Part shown: positions 36,676 to 46,428 of the stretch, in pieces | Position numbering within the stretch: the stretch's first letter is position 1 | How the letters are laid out: each line of letters starts with the position of its first letter | NCBI GenBank assembly: GCA_041650395.1 | Contig: JBAZLG010000003.1 | Span: 182,917-246,916, forward strand | Reading direction: 5' to 3' | Length of the DNA: 64,000 nucleotides | Source: Candidatus Micrarchaeia archaeon | GTDB taxonomy: Archaea; Micrarchaeota; Micrarchaeia; Anstonellales; VGKX01 | Translations under genes and position numbers: made by a program | The notes under the pieces: generated by a model | What the model was told of the DNA's origin: nothing | What the model saw: the letters and a program-made list of their open reading frames with translations, nothing else | The model's database searches: none

Positions 36676-37737
36676 TCAGATGATTTCTATGTCATCCGCG
36701 TATGACTTCGCCTTTGGCTCTTCCTCGTAGCTTGAGCCGCCGACCGAGGCGCCCTTCACGCCCGTGACTATCGCGACAATTTCCAGTTTGCCGTCATAGC
36801 CGGGTATGAGCCTTGCGCCCCATTTGACGTTCGCCTGCGCGTCCATCTTCTCGGTGATGATTTCACCGGCTTTGATGGCGTCGCCAAGCGTCAGGTCGGA
36901 GCCTCCGGAGATGTGGATGAGTGCGCCGTTCGCGCCTTCAAAGTCCACGTCAAGCAGCCTGTTCTTCAGGACGCCTTCCGCAGCTCCCCTTACCTTGTCG
37001 TTGCCCTTGCCTTCCCCTACGGATATGAAACCGACTCCGCCGCCCTGCATGATAGAGCGAACATCTGCAAAGTCGATGTTTATGAGTGAGGGTTGCGTGA
37101 TTGTCCAGACAAGCCCGCCAATCGCCTTGGCAAGTATCTCGTCTGCAACAGAGAACGCCTCGTTCATAGGCAGGTTTGGAACTAGTTTCACCAAGCGGTT
37201 GTTGTCAAGGATGATGACCGAGTCGCAGGACTTCTTCATCTTGGATATGCCCTCGTCGGCCTTCGCGCGCCTCGCGCGCTCAAGTGCGAACGGGTACGTA
37301 ACCATTGCGACTACTATCGCGCCCTGTTCCTTGGCTATTTCCGCTATTATCGGTGCCGCGCCAGTGCCTGTGCCACCGCCCATGCCGCAGCATACGAACA
37401 CGAGGTGCGCCCCTTCAAGCTCCTTCTGGAGAAGTGGCCTGTCTACCTCTGCGGCCTTCGAGCCCGTCTCCGGGTAGCCGCCCGCGCCCAATCCCTTGGT
37501 AATGGACCTGCCAATCAGGACCTTCTTCGCCTTCTCGTGGATGAGGTTCAGGTGCTGCTTGTCGGTGTTGACCGCCACCAGCTCCGTGCCCTTCACGCCC
37601 GCGCGAATGAGCCTGTTGACTGTGTTGTTTCCGGCACCGCCTACGCCTACTGTCACTATCTTAATCTGGTCCGAGCCGAATGATTCTGCCTGAGCGGGCT
37701 CACGCTCACCTAGGACTGACTTTACAAGACTTTCCAT
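36676..37737 (-). CDS. ftsZ: FtsZ/tubulin-family cell division GTPase (paralog B)
   Basis: GMGGGTGTGAAPIIAEIAKE, VGVGGAGNNTVNRL. In tandem with paralog A, as in the FtsZ1/FtsZ2 pairs of many Euryarchaeota. Confidence 0.9.
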   Translation of the reverse strand: MESLVKSVLGEREPAQAESFGSDQIKIVTVGVGGAGNNTVNRLIRAGVKGTELVAVNTDKQHLNLIHEKAKKVLIGRSITKGLGAGGYPETGSKAAEVDRPLLQKELEGAHLVFVCCGMGGGTGTGAAPIIAEIAKEQGAIVVAMVTYPFALERARRAKADEGISKMKKSCDSVIILDNNRLVKLVPNLPMNEAFSVADEILAKAIGGLVWTITQPSLINIDFADVRSIMQGGGVGFISVGEGKGNDKVRGAAEGVLKNRLLDVDFEGANGALIHISGGSDLTLGDAIKAGEIITEKMDAQANVKWGARLIPGYDGKLEIVAIVTGVKGASVGGSSYEEEPKAKSYADDIEII

Positions 37738-37910
37738 ACTGGATCGCCAATGGATACATTTGAGCGGAGTATTTAAATAGCTTTGCTTTTACGCCGTAGA
37801 ACGGCCCCGGAACATGCCACGATATGAATAATATAATGGCACGCCGGAACAACGCCGTAGGATTTCCCTGACACATTTTCGGGTATAATCAGGTTATGAA
37901 AATGTTTTTT

Positions 37911-39380
37911 TCATCCCAGGAAATTGCGCATCCACGCGGCTGTAGAGACGTGCTCGGGCACAATGGACGTGTTGTCCGCCTTCAGGTCCTTGAATATGTA
38001 CGAGGTAACCTCGATGTACTCGTCGTCGGTCTCCGTAGGGACCAATGAAAGCGCCCGCTTGAGCCGCTTTGACACAGAAGCGGGCAGGGCCTCGATATTT
38101 TTCGGGTTGGCAAAGCGGAACGCGTCTTGCAGGTCCTCCCGCGCGTGCACGTACATGGAGCACAGCTCGTCGAATTCCTTTTCCGAAAGCGCGGAAAGCC
38201 CGAGAGCCTCGGGCGGGATGCCCAACGAATACATGCTCGCGCAGAAATTTATCGCGCGCGGCAGTTTTATGCCCTGCACGGAGCGGTTGTAGCCGAACAG
38301 GCCGATGTGCAGTTTCCTTGCCCGCTTTGACGGGATGAATTTGGTCATCTTGCCAATCAGCGGGAGCATGCCTTCTATCTCCTCCTTGTACGCCTTAGTC
38401 ATTTTCCCGACAAGGGCCAATGCCTTTTCATAGTCGATTTCAAGCGGCCCGGCGCGCGGGGCGGAGGAGAGGGCCTCGATGCTTTTCCTCACGAGGTATT
38501 CCGGATGGTCGTACTTGAAGGACGACTGGAGAGTGAACGTCTGCACGGACGGGTATTCGCCTGCGCAGTTCTGCACGTTTGTCGGCTTGAGGTTGCCCCT
38601 GAAAGGGGCCGAGCCCACGCCGAGTATGGGCAGGATTTTGACCGAGCTTTGCTCTTCAAGCTCGTGCAGCCTTTCAAGCGCGATTTTAAGGAGCAGGACC
38701 GCGGACGCGGAGCCGTAGTTCAATGCCGGGTCCGACCTGGCAAGGAAAACGCGCTGGTATTCCAAGTCCTTTTGGGGCCGCATGTACGCGCCGACCATAG
38801 CGGCGCTACCGAGTATGCTCTCCCTGTCCTCGAAAAGCGGGATTACGTTTAGCGATTTGGGCTCGAATTCCCCTATCCACTCGGATACGGTTATGTCCCC
38901 GGCCATTACCGGCTTTGACGCCTTGCCCGAAACGAAGTTCCGGTAATAGGAGTCTATCCTCTGGATTTCCTTGACAGACGAAGTCATGGGAAGGATTACT
39001 TCGAAAATGGGCGGCACGTCCTGCCCGAAAACCTTTGCTGCGTCGAAATTGCGCGGGAAGCTCTCAAGGGTTTCCAAAAGCAGCTTCCCTGAAGTCTTTT
39101 GCACGGAAGGGTTTGGCACGCGAAGCGTGATGAAGTTGTCCCTGCCAAGCGTGTGGGCGCGGAAATACCTGTTGTACTTTGAGAAGAGCTTTTCGACCAC
39201 GAAATTGTCGACGTCCTTGCCTTCATAGTCCCACATCTGCTCGCGGCAGGCCAGGTGGGAAAAAACGTAATATGCCTCCTTGATTTCCGAATCGCCCGAC
39301 ACTATCTCCGAATCGGAAAAGAACGGGGTCTGCACGTTGTCAGGGTGCTGGGTCGACATTGTGCGCGAAACGTCAATCAT
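37911..39380 (-). CDS. ppcA: Archaeal-type phosphoenolpyruvate carboxylase
   Basis: N-terminal RTMSTQHPDN signature of atPEPC. Length about 490 aa. Start at Met 6. Confidence 0.75.
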   Translation of the reverse strand: MIDVSRTMSTQHPDNVQTPFFSDSEIVSGDSEIKEAYYVFSHLACREQMWDYEGKDVDNFVVEKLFSKYNRYFRAHTLGRDNFITLRVPNPSVQKTSGKLLLETLESFPRNFDAAKVFGQDVPPIFEVILPMTSSVKEIQRIDSYYRNFVSGKASKPVMAGDITVSEWIGEFEPKSLNVIPLFEDRESILGSAAMVGAYMRPQKDLEYQRVFLARSDPALNYGSASAVLLLKIALERLHELEEQSSVKILPILGVGSAPFRGNLKPTNVQNCAGEYPSVQTFTLQSSFKYDHPEYLVRKSIEALSSAPRAGPLEIDYEKALALVGKMTKAYKEEIEGMLPLIGKMTKFIPSKRARKLHIGLFGYNRSVQGIKLPRAINFCASMYSLGIPPEALGLSALSEKEFDELCSMYVHAREDLQDAFRFANPKNIEALPASVSKRLKRALSLVPTETDDEYIEVTSYIFKDLKADNTSIVPEHVSTAAWMRNFLG

Positions 39381-39470
39381 CCAAGGGCCTCCCAACCCCT
39401 ATATGATTGAATGAGTTAAAAAAAGTTGGCAACCGGCATGCCGGGGAAACCGGGGCAGAACTGGAACAAA

Positions 39471-40412
39471 TCAGTAGTTTATGTCGGACATTGACGCCTT
39501 CTTCACGTACGCATATGCGGACGCGGCGGCAACGCAGCCCTCTGCCTCCGAAGTGACAATCTGCTTGACATTCGCCATGCCGCCCGTGATGTCGCCCGCG
39601 GCGAAAAAGCCCGCTACGTTGGTCTCCATTGCCTCGTTGCGCTTGACAAAGCCGGCGGGCGTGAGTTCGGCGCCAAGCTGCTTGGCAAGTGAGTTGAGAG
39701 GCTCGAAGCCCACGTTGATGAAAATGCCCTGCGCAGGCAATGAGGATTTCTCCTTCGTGTTCACGTCCTCCACTTCAACGGAGGTGACGAACTTATCGCC
39801 CTTGATTTCAACGGGCGCCTTGTTGAGGACGAATTCTACCTTCTTGTCCTTCAACTGCTGGACAAGGACCGCCTCTCCGCGGAATTCCGCCCGCCTGTGC
39901 ACAAGCTTCACGGTTTTGCAGTGCTCCGAGAGCAGAAGCGCGCTTGTGAGCGCCGTGTTCCCGCCGCCAATCACGATGACGTCCTTGTTCTTGAAAAACG
40001 GCGCGTCGCACGTGGCGCAAAACGAGATGCCCCTGCCCTTGAACGCGTCCTCGCCAGGTATTCCAAGCTTCCTGTATTCCGAGCCGGTGGCGAGTATTAC
40101 CGCCTTTGCAAAATAAGCAGAGCCTGACTCGCATGAGAGTTCAAAGCCCTTTTCAACTTTCTTTATGCCTGTGACGGAATCGAATTTCTTCGCGACTTTC
40201 AGGAAGTCGAGCTGCTGCTCGTATTTGGCGCCAAGGTCCGGGCCCTGAATGGAATTGAAGCCCGGCGCGTTCTCGACCGCGGTGGTGGTCGATATGGCCC
40301 CGCCAATGAGCTTGTGCTCGAAGACAACTGTCGAGAGGTTGTTCCTCTGCGTGTATATTGCAGCCGTGACCCCTGCTGGCCCGCCGCCGATTACCGCGAT
40401 GTCAAAGTTCTC
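39471..40412 (-). CDS. trxB: Thioredoxin-disulfide reductase
   Basis: FAD GxGxxG (DIAVIGGGPAG), redox-active CATCD motif, and a second NAD(P)H GGGNTA motif. Confidence 0.9.
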   Translation of the reverse strand, partial: ENFDIAVIGGGPAGVTAAIYTQRNNLSTVVFEHKLIGGAISTTTAVENAPGFNSIQGPDLGAKYEQQLDFLKVAKKFDSVTGIKKVEKGFELSCESGSAYFAKAVILATGSEYRKLGIPGEDAFKGRGISFCATCDAPFFKNKDVIVIGGGNTALTSALLLSEHCKTVKLVHRRAEFRGEAVLVQQLKDKKVEFVLNKAPVEIKGDKFVTSVEVEDVNTKEKSSLPAQGIFINVGFEPLNSLAKQLGAELTPAGFVKRNEAMETNVAGFFAAGDITGGMANVKQIVTSEAEGCVAAASAYAYVKKASMSDINY

Positions 40413-40646
40413 CATGGAAACCACCGTAGAATTTAGATAAGGCCGCAGCCCTTTATATTTCTCACACAGGCAGGAAACGGCTGCCTATTTTGCCGCTTCC
40501 CCGCCATTACGTTAGGCAGGCATAGTTTATAATTATTAGCTATAAACCAAGAGCCCGAAAGCCCACTGTTGCCCAAAAGATGGCTGCGCGGGCATTGCCT
40601 GTGGATTCATTTTTCCAAGGTTTTTGGCGCTGCGCCGCCAAAAAGC

Positions 40647-42047
40647 TTACTTTATAATCCACGGGAGGAAGTTCGAGGCGAACGCCACGCCCACGACAAC
40701 CGCTATTGCAAGCACTATGCGCTTGTCATTGAGCACGATTTCCACAATCCTCTGCCCGTCAAACATTGGCAGGGGCAGGAGGTTGACAGTGCCCACTAGG
40801 AAATTGAGCACGAACGCGAGCACGAGGAACCTGAATATGAACCCGAGGAAGGAATACTGCGGGGGATAGACGGGGCTCAAGGCGAATGCGCCAGCAGGGA
40901 CGTAATGCGAGGTTATCCCCAGATGCCCGCCTGAATCGGCCGCAAGGGTCTTTTCCCCGGCGGACGTTGCAATGCCCACTTCCTGCCCCGGCTCGAAAAC
41001 GTGGCCTTTGAGCTGGGAAGCCGGGATGCCGCCCATGGAAAACACGTAAGTGCCGTTTTGTATGGGGCCTGAAACCACGTAGAGCGCGTCAGCCCTGTAG
41101 CCATAAGTGCCTATGGCGAATGCCACGAGCAGCGCGAAGAAAAATATGGACGCCAGGAAATTGGAAGTAGAGCCCGCGACCATCACGCGCAACTGCTCTA
41201 TCCTGCTTTTTTTTGCCAGCTGTTTCTCGTCCGGCTCGACAAACGCGCCCATGGGCAGGAAACCGAAAAGCGCGACGCCTGCGGAGTCCACCTTGATTTT
41301 CGCCACGCGGGAGAGGACGCCGTGGGCGGCCTCATGGACAATAAGCAGCACTCCGAGCGCGAGTATCCCCTCGACCAGCGGGAGGTTTATGCCCGGCAGC
41401 AGGAATGACGCGCCTGGCGCCGCATTGCTTGCAACGCCCGCGGCCGCGGAAACGGTCACCTCCTTTATTATGAGCGCTGCGTAGGTGACTATGCTCACGA
41501 CCGCAGAGAGCGACATGCCGCCTATGATGAGCACAAGGAATGCGAAAACAGCGAAAAAGGGTATGCCCGAAGTCGCGGCCCTGACCTGCGAAGTGGCGGA
41601 TGACACGTCAAGATTGGAAATGACAGTGCCTGCAAGCTCGAACACGAATGGCGCCACGAAAATCGATACCAGCATAAGGGCTATGAGGGAGACCACGTAG
41701 ACCGTGAAAAACCTCTTCGGGTTGGTTTTCCTCCCGTCAATCATGAAATACGAGAGAAGGCCATAGCCGAAAACAAGCCCGAAGTCTGCAAGGAGTTTCC
41801 ACAGTTCCGGGTTGAACTCCGCAATCTTGTCCAAAAGCCCTAGCGTGCTCTTGTTCTTGAACATGAGAAGGCCGTATTCGCCTTCAATGCCGTGCGCGAG
41901 CTGGAGGTATAGTCCTGAAAGCATGAGCACTGAAACAGAAAGGAAGAAAGCCCCGAGGGCTGGAAGTTTGGCGTCAAGTATCGCTATGAAAGCGGCGATG
42001 CAGGCTAGCATCACAGCTATGGTAATGGCTATTTTCTTGTAAGTCAT
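40647..42047 (-). CDS. Site-2 protease (M50 family intramembrane metalloprotease)
   Basis: HEAAHGV (HExxH) in a TM helix. LLPLPMFDGQRIV matches the LDG motif. Multiple TM helices. A TATA-like tttatattaa lies about 25 nt upstream of Met 42047. Confidence 0.75.
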   Translation of the reverse strand: MTYKKIAITIAVMLACIAAFIAILDAKLPALGAFFLSVSVLMLSGLYLQLAHGIEGEYGLLMFKNKSTLGLLDKIAEFNPELWKLLADFGLVFGYGLLSYFMIDGRKTNPKRFFTVYVVSLIALMLVSIFVAPFVFELAGTVISNLDVSSATSQVRAATSGIPFFAVFAFLVLIIGGMSLSAVVSIVTYAALIIKEVTVSAAAGVASNAAPGASFLLPGINLPLVEGILALGVLLIVHEAAHGVLSRVAKIKVDSAGVALFGFLPMGAFVEPDEKQLAKKSRIEQLRVMVAGSTSNFLASIFFFALLVAFAIGTYGYRADALYVVSGPIQNGTYVFSMGGIPASQLKGHVFEPGQEVGIATSAGEKTLAADSGGHLGITSHYVPAGAFALSPVYPPQYSFLGFIFRFLVLAFVLNFLVGTVNLLPLPMFDGQRIVEIVLNDKRIVLAIAVVVGVAFASNFLPWIIK

Positions 42048-42236
42048 GGGATTATCTTGATGGAAAATTAATATAAATGCCATTATTTGGCATGGCCGCG
42101 CCAAAGCCCCCCGGAACTGCGCAATGAACCGGCTTTTTAATACAATATTTGCCTATATAACATGGAAAGGGCAGTTTTAGCGCTGCCAGCCTGCACTGCG
42201 GACAGGCAACTTGATTTTTCAAAAAAGGTGTATTTC

Positions 42237-42719
42237 ATGGAATGCGACATATGCGGCAGGCCCGACGCGGGCATTTTTGCGCTTATAGAAGGGGCGAAGC
42301 TTCGCGTGTGCGGCTCGTGCGCGCGCGGCGGCAAGATACTCTACGTGGAGCACGAGGAGGCGCCCCAGCGCGGCGGCAATACCCAGCCGGGCGCGCCGCA
42401 GGCTGAAAAACACACTATGGACAAGGACGAGCTCGACCTTGTGGACGATTACGGCGCCAAGATAAAATCCGCCAGGGAAAAGCTCGGGCTGCCATTGCCC
42501 GTCCTTGGCGAGAGGATTGCGGAGAAGGAATCCTTCCTCGACAGGATAGAGAAGGGCCACGCGCGGCCTTCCGACCAGCTTGCAAGGAAGATTGAGAAGG
42601 AGCTTGGCATCGAACTGCTCGAGAAAGCCTCAAGCATGCCGTTCCAGGCGCCTGGGAAGCCGGGCAAGGACATCACGCTTGGCGACGTGATAGAGATTGT
42701 CAGGAAGAAAAAGAAATAA
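42237..42719 (+). CDS. mbf1: Archaeal MBF1-like protein (N-terminal zinc ribbon plus Cro/C1-type HTH)
   Basis: MECDICGRP...CGSC zinc ribbon followed by REKLGLPLPVLGERIAEKESFLDRIEKG, an HTH_3-like segment. Confidence 0.7.
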   Translation: MECDICGRPDAGIFALIEGAKLRVCGSCARGGKILYVEHEEAPQRGGNTQPGAPQAEKHTMDKDELDLVDDYGAKIKSAREKLGLPLPVLGERIAEKESFLDRIEKGHARPSDQLARKIEKELGIELLEKASSMPFQAPGKPGKDITLGDVIEIVRKKKK

Positions 42720-42829
42720 GGCAGGCAGGGGAAGCAGTCGCAATGCCCGCAAATCCATGAAAAATAACGGAACAGCACGTTAATCCAGCCATTTGAAATA
42801 TGATGTCTTGAAAAGGAGTATGATGTATT

Positions 42830-43867
42830 GTGGGTGTCTCGCTCTCCGACTTGGTGAATCCCAGGCAGACCTCGTTCTCCGAGTTTTCAGGCAAAGTTGT
42901 CGCGATAGACGCGTACAACACGCTCTACCAGTTCCTCACCTCCATCAGGCAGCCCGACGGGACTCCGCTCTCCGACACCAATGGAAACCCGACGGGGCAT
43001 CTCACGGGGCTATTTTACAGGACAGTGAAGCTTCTCGAAGCCGGCGTCAAGCCGGTGTTCGTATTTGACGGCGTGCCCCCGGAATTCAAGCGCGCAACCC
43101 TTGACAAGAGGCACGAGATTAAAGTTGCCGCGCATGAGAGCATGGAAGCGGCGCTGAAGGCGGGGGATTTCGACGCTGCGAAGAAGTTCTCCGCGCGCAC
43201 TGTCAGGCTCACAAAGCCTATGGCCGCCGAGGCCCGCGAGCTTTTGGGATTCATGGGCGTGCCTTCAGTGCAGGCGCCAAGCGAGGGCGAGGCGTGCGCG
43301 TCCGTCATGGTGCGCGAGGGCATCGCATACGCCGTGGCATCGCAGGACTATGACGCGCTGATGTTCGGCGCGCCACGGCTTATCAGGAACCTTTCTGTTT
43401 CAGGGAAGCGCAAGATGCCAGGCAGGCATGAATGGGTCGAGACAAGCCCCGAACTCCTGGAACTTCCCGAAGTCCTGAAACAATTGGGCCTTACGCAAAA
43501 GCAATTGATTTGGATTGGCATACTCATTGGGAACGACTTCAACTCCGGGATAAAGGGGATTGGCCCGAAAAAGGCATTGAAAATCGTGAAGGAGTGCAAG
43601 TCCCTTGAGGACATTGTGAATTACGCGCGGGTTGAATTGGAATACGAGTTCCCAGAGGACGTCTTCGGGATTGAAAGGTTTTTTTTGGACCCGCCTGCTG
43701 TGCATGACGAGTTCCTGGATTTTGGCAAGATAGACAAGCAGGCGGTGGTGGAATTTCTTTGCAGGAAGCACGACTTCTCGGAAGAGCGCGTGTCGCGCAC
43801 CCTCGACTCGCTTGTGAAAAACGTCACTGAAAAAAAGGCGCAGAAGGGACTTGGAGAATGGTTTTAG
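42830..43867 (+). CDS. fen: Flap endonuclease FEN-1
   Basis: MGVSLSDLV N-terminus, VVAIDAYNTLYQFL, VFVFDGVPPEFK, and an H3TH region. GTG start. Confidence 0.9.
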   Translation: MGVSLSDLVNPRQTSFSEFSGKVVAIDAYNTLYQFLTSIRQPDGTPLSDTNGNPTGHLTGLFYRTVKLLEAGVKPVFVFDGVPPEFKRATLDKRHEIKVAAHESMEAALKAGDFDAAKKFSARTVRLTKPMAAEARELLGFMGVPSVQAPSEGEACASVMVREGIAYAVASQDYDALMFGAPRLIRNLSVSGKRKMPGRHEWVETSPELLELPEVLKQLGLTQKQLIWIGILIGNDFNSGIKGIGPKKALKIVKECKSLEDIVNYARVELEYEFPEDVFGIERFFLDPPAVHDEFLDFGKIDKQAVVEFLCRKHDFSEERVSRTLDSLVKNVTEKKAQKGLGEWF

Positions 43868-43879
43868 AAGAGGAATAAA

Positions 43880-44692
43880 ATGAATATTGTCAAAGAATAT
43901 TTAATATTGGCTATTGGAGATCTCAAAGCAGCAGAAATACTTCAGAAAAATAAGCTTTACCCCTATGCAATATATTTTACCATTCAAGCATTGGAAAAAG
44001 TAACAAAAGCTCAATTAATCTTGAATAACACGATACCACCAGAACAGCTAAAAAAGAAAATAGGGCATAACCTTTTTTTAGGATTTGCCCGATATTGGCG
44101 CCAAAATAAAACCATGTGGGATGCTCATAAAATAATGATGTCAAACCCTAAATTTAAAATAATGTTTAACGATTCAGAAAGCCACATAAAAAATGAAAAA
44201 GAAATTGCAGCAAACATAAAGGCGATAGAATCACACATAAAAAAATTGGAGATAACTGCACTGGACAAAAATAGAAAACAAGAAGAAGCTGAAAAAACCA
44301 TAGAAAGATTAGATAAATACTATAGTAAAACAGGAGAAGAATACGAAAAACAAAGAAAACAAGTAGAAAATATTTGTTCTGAACTTAATGAAAAGATTAT
44401 GACAACTGAGAACGAAGAGCAAAGAAAAAAACTAGAAGAAAACATTAGAATTATTAAAAATGCAAAAGGCTATCTCACAGGAATCATTAGTTCAGATTAT
44501 ATTTTGAAAGTAATACAAGAATTAGCAGAGATAATGCCTAATCAAGATGAGTTAAGATATCCTGAAAGCAACCCATTAGACAAATTTAATGAAAACCATC
44601 CATTAGTAAAGAATTTGGAAGGAGTAAATAGACATCTAAAAAACAGTATAGAATTCACGCTTAGATTAGATCTTAGCAGTTGGGACAACTAA
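43880..44692 (+). CDS. HEPN-domain protein with a C-terminal K/E-rich coiled-coil extension. First gene of low-GC island 2.
   Basis: LILAIGDLKAAEILQKNKLYPYAIYFTIQALEKVTKAQLIL...KIGHNLF aligns with the canonical HEPN helix pattern (L..A..DL.AA..LL....Y..AvfhaqQAvEKalKAlL...tHdL). About 30% GC. Confidence 0.65.
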   Translation: MNIVKEYLILAIGDLKAAEILQKNKLYPYAIYFTIQALEKVTKAQLILNNTIPPEQLKKKIGHNLFLGFARYWRQNKTMWDAHKIMMSNPKFKIMFNDSESHIKNEKEIAANIKAIESHIKKLEITALDKNRKQEEAEKTIERLDKYYSKTGEEYEKQRKQVENICSELNEKIMTTENEEQRKKLEENIRIIKNAKGYLTGIISSDYILKVIQELAEIMPNQDELRYPESNPLDKFNENHPLVKNLEGVNRHLKNSIEFTLRLDLSSWDN

Positions 44693-44697
44693 ACATC

Positions 44698-45288
44698 CTA
44701 GCTGGTTTTTTTAGAAATTTCATCAAAGATTTGGTCGGCTCCCCACGCTTGAGCTGCCGCCCATGCCATCTTACGTTTCTTTTCACGAGTTAAAGCGGCA
44801 GCAGGTTTGTAACCAAGATCGTGATTAGCCTCAGCCCATGCATATTGGAAAAGAGTGCAAATTTGAATTTCAAAAAAATCGATAGGAAGAGAATATTTTT
44901 CGACCATAGCTCGCGGAATTAGACAAATTATTTTTTTCCCTTCATAACCAAAAGAAGTTGGATCCTCTGGCTCAGCAAATCTGTCTTCTACAATTGCAAA
45001 TAATTTTAATATTTTAGTTGTTGCTGGAGTAATATTTGAACGATATTTAACAACAATACGAATACCTATTTGGTCTTGTATTTCAGATACTGGTGAATTA
45101 TATTTAAAGGTACCATCCTTATTCATTGTTTTTGACTTCTTAGAAAAACTATGGATAGACTTAACACGATACTTAACCTGGTCAACATATTCAGACTTCA
45201 AAAAGGAAGCTTGTAGTTGATTAAATAAATCTTTAGCTGGTCTTTCTAATTTTGGGAATAATGATTTATACTGAATTTCTTTTACCAT
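44698..45288 (-). CDS. RelA/SpoT-homolog (RSH) synthetase-fold nucleotidyltransferase, small alarmone synthetase-like (toxSAS-like)
   Basis: YRVKSIHSFSKKSK matches the RxKxxxSxxxK motif. IGIRIVVKY matches the G-x-R-I-V motif. FFEIQICTLFQYAWAEANHDLGYKP matches EIQIRT..QH.WAE..H...YK. About 30% GC. The start overlaps the upstream gene's stop by 1 nt. Confidence 0.75.
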   Translation of the reverse strand: MVKEIQYKSLFPKLERPAKDLFNQLQASFLKSEYVDQVKYRVKSIHSFSKKSKTMNKDGTFKYNSPVSEIQDQIGIRIVVKYRSNITPATTKILKLFAIVEDRFAEPEDPTSFGYEGKKIICLIPRAMVEKYSLPIDFFEIQICTLFQYAWAEANHDLGYKPAAALTREKKRKMAWAAAQAWGADQIFDEISKKTS

Positions 45289-46346
45289 TATTCCAACCTT
45301 TTCCGTCTAGACGTTGATAGCTTAGTCGAACTTACTTTTCCAGTTAATGTAAACTGGGTTTTGCCATTCTGGAGCTTCTCACGCTTAACTCTCTGGTCAA
45401 AACTATTAACAGGGCCACTTATTGTAAAAGCATTATCTATTTCAACAGATTTGAGATTTATAGTTCGTAATAGCTGAGAAGTATCAATAACAAATGGATC
45501 ACTGTGGTATGCAGACGGAATCTTTTTTAAGAACATAGGGCGGGCAGATGCTGGAAGATAATCATTAGCGATTTGAGGAAAGGTTAAACTCTTATTTTTT
45601 TGACTAAGTAATGTTGTCGCAGCAGCAACAATTATTTGTTTGTCACCAATATTTTTAGATGAAGAAATTGCCGAAGTGAGAGCTTTCGATAACAAACTCG
45701 TGCCATATGAAGATTTGAGCGTAGGCATCGACAGTAGAAAGTCGTCTATCCAATAATTAGAAACACCTTTTAATTGCTGCTTGGCTTGCTTATCTTCAAC
45801 ATAGCCCTTCCAAAAGCTTCTTCTGGAAGAAATATCCCCATCATAAGTTGCAGCTTTAAAAAATGCAGATTCCTGAGAAAATGCATCACTTAAAACATTA
45901 ATTATGACATTTGTGCTAGCCGAATCCTTTTTGAAAGAAAGTACAGCTCCATGGGGAAATGTGAGCAACACTAAACGATTACCAGATGGAGAAGTCCCAA
46001 CTAAAATAATAAGTAATACAGTATTAGAACGTTTATCCATTGATTGAGATAAACGAACAGCCAACTGTTCAGAATTAGTTTGAAAATTCGCTTGATCTTG
46101 AATAATAAGATGAATCATATCTCTGACTTTATTTGTTTGTATATTATTTTCAGGGATAAAAGAAATTTCAATCGGAAATAAAGATGTTTTGAGATAAAAT
46201 GGTTTCAAAAAAGTTAGTAAGTCGGGAGATAAATTTGCGATAGACCCATTAACACAAGCAGAGAGAGATTTACCAGTAAGATGTTTGCCTGGCTTAACTA
46301 CATAAGCAGCACAGTGCTGTATATGCGATATACTTAGAGATGACAT
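45288..46346 (-). CDS. Hypothetical 352-aa protein, first gene of the RSH operon (candidate antitoxin, sensor or partner)
   Basis: Intact low-GC ORF with no TM and no recognised motif. A TATA-like aaatatataaaaat lies 40-60 nt upstream on the minus strand. Confidence 0.55.
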   Translation of the reverse strand: MSSLSISHIQHCAAYVVKPGKHLTGKSLSACVNGSIANLSPDLLTFLKPFYLKTSLFPIEISFIPENNIQTNKVRDMIHLIIQDQANFQTNSEQLAVRLSQSMDKRSNTVLLIILVGTSPSGNRLVLLTFPHGAVLSFKKDSASTNVIINVLSDAFSQESAFFKAATYDGDISSRRSFWKGYVEDKQAKQQLKGVSNYWIDDFLLSMPTLKSSYGTSLLSKALTSAISSSKNIGDKQIIVAAATTLLSQKNKSLTFPQIANDYLPASARPMFLKKIPSAYHSDPFVIDTSQLLRTINLKSVEIDNAFTISGPVNSFDQRVKREKLQNGKTQFTLTGKVSSTKLSTSRRKRLE

Positions 46347-46428
46347 TCTATCGTCACAGAAAACTTATGACTTCTAAGGTTATAAATGCGTGCATTTGAA
46401 TATAATTTTTATATATTTAAGTTTCTCT

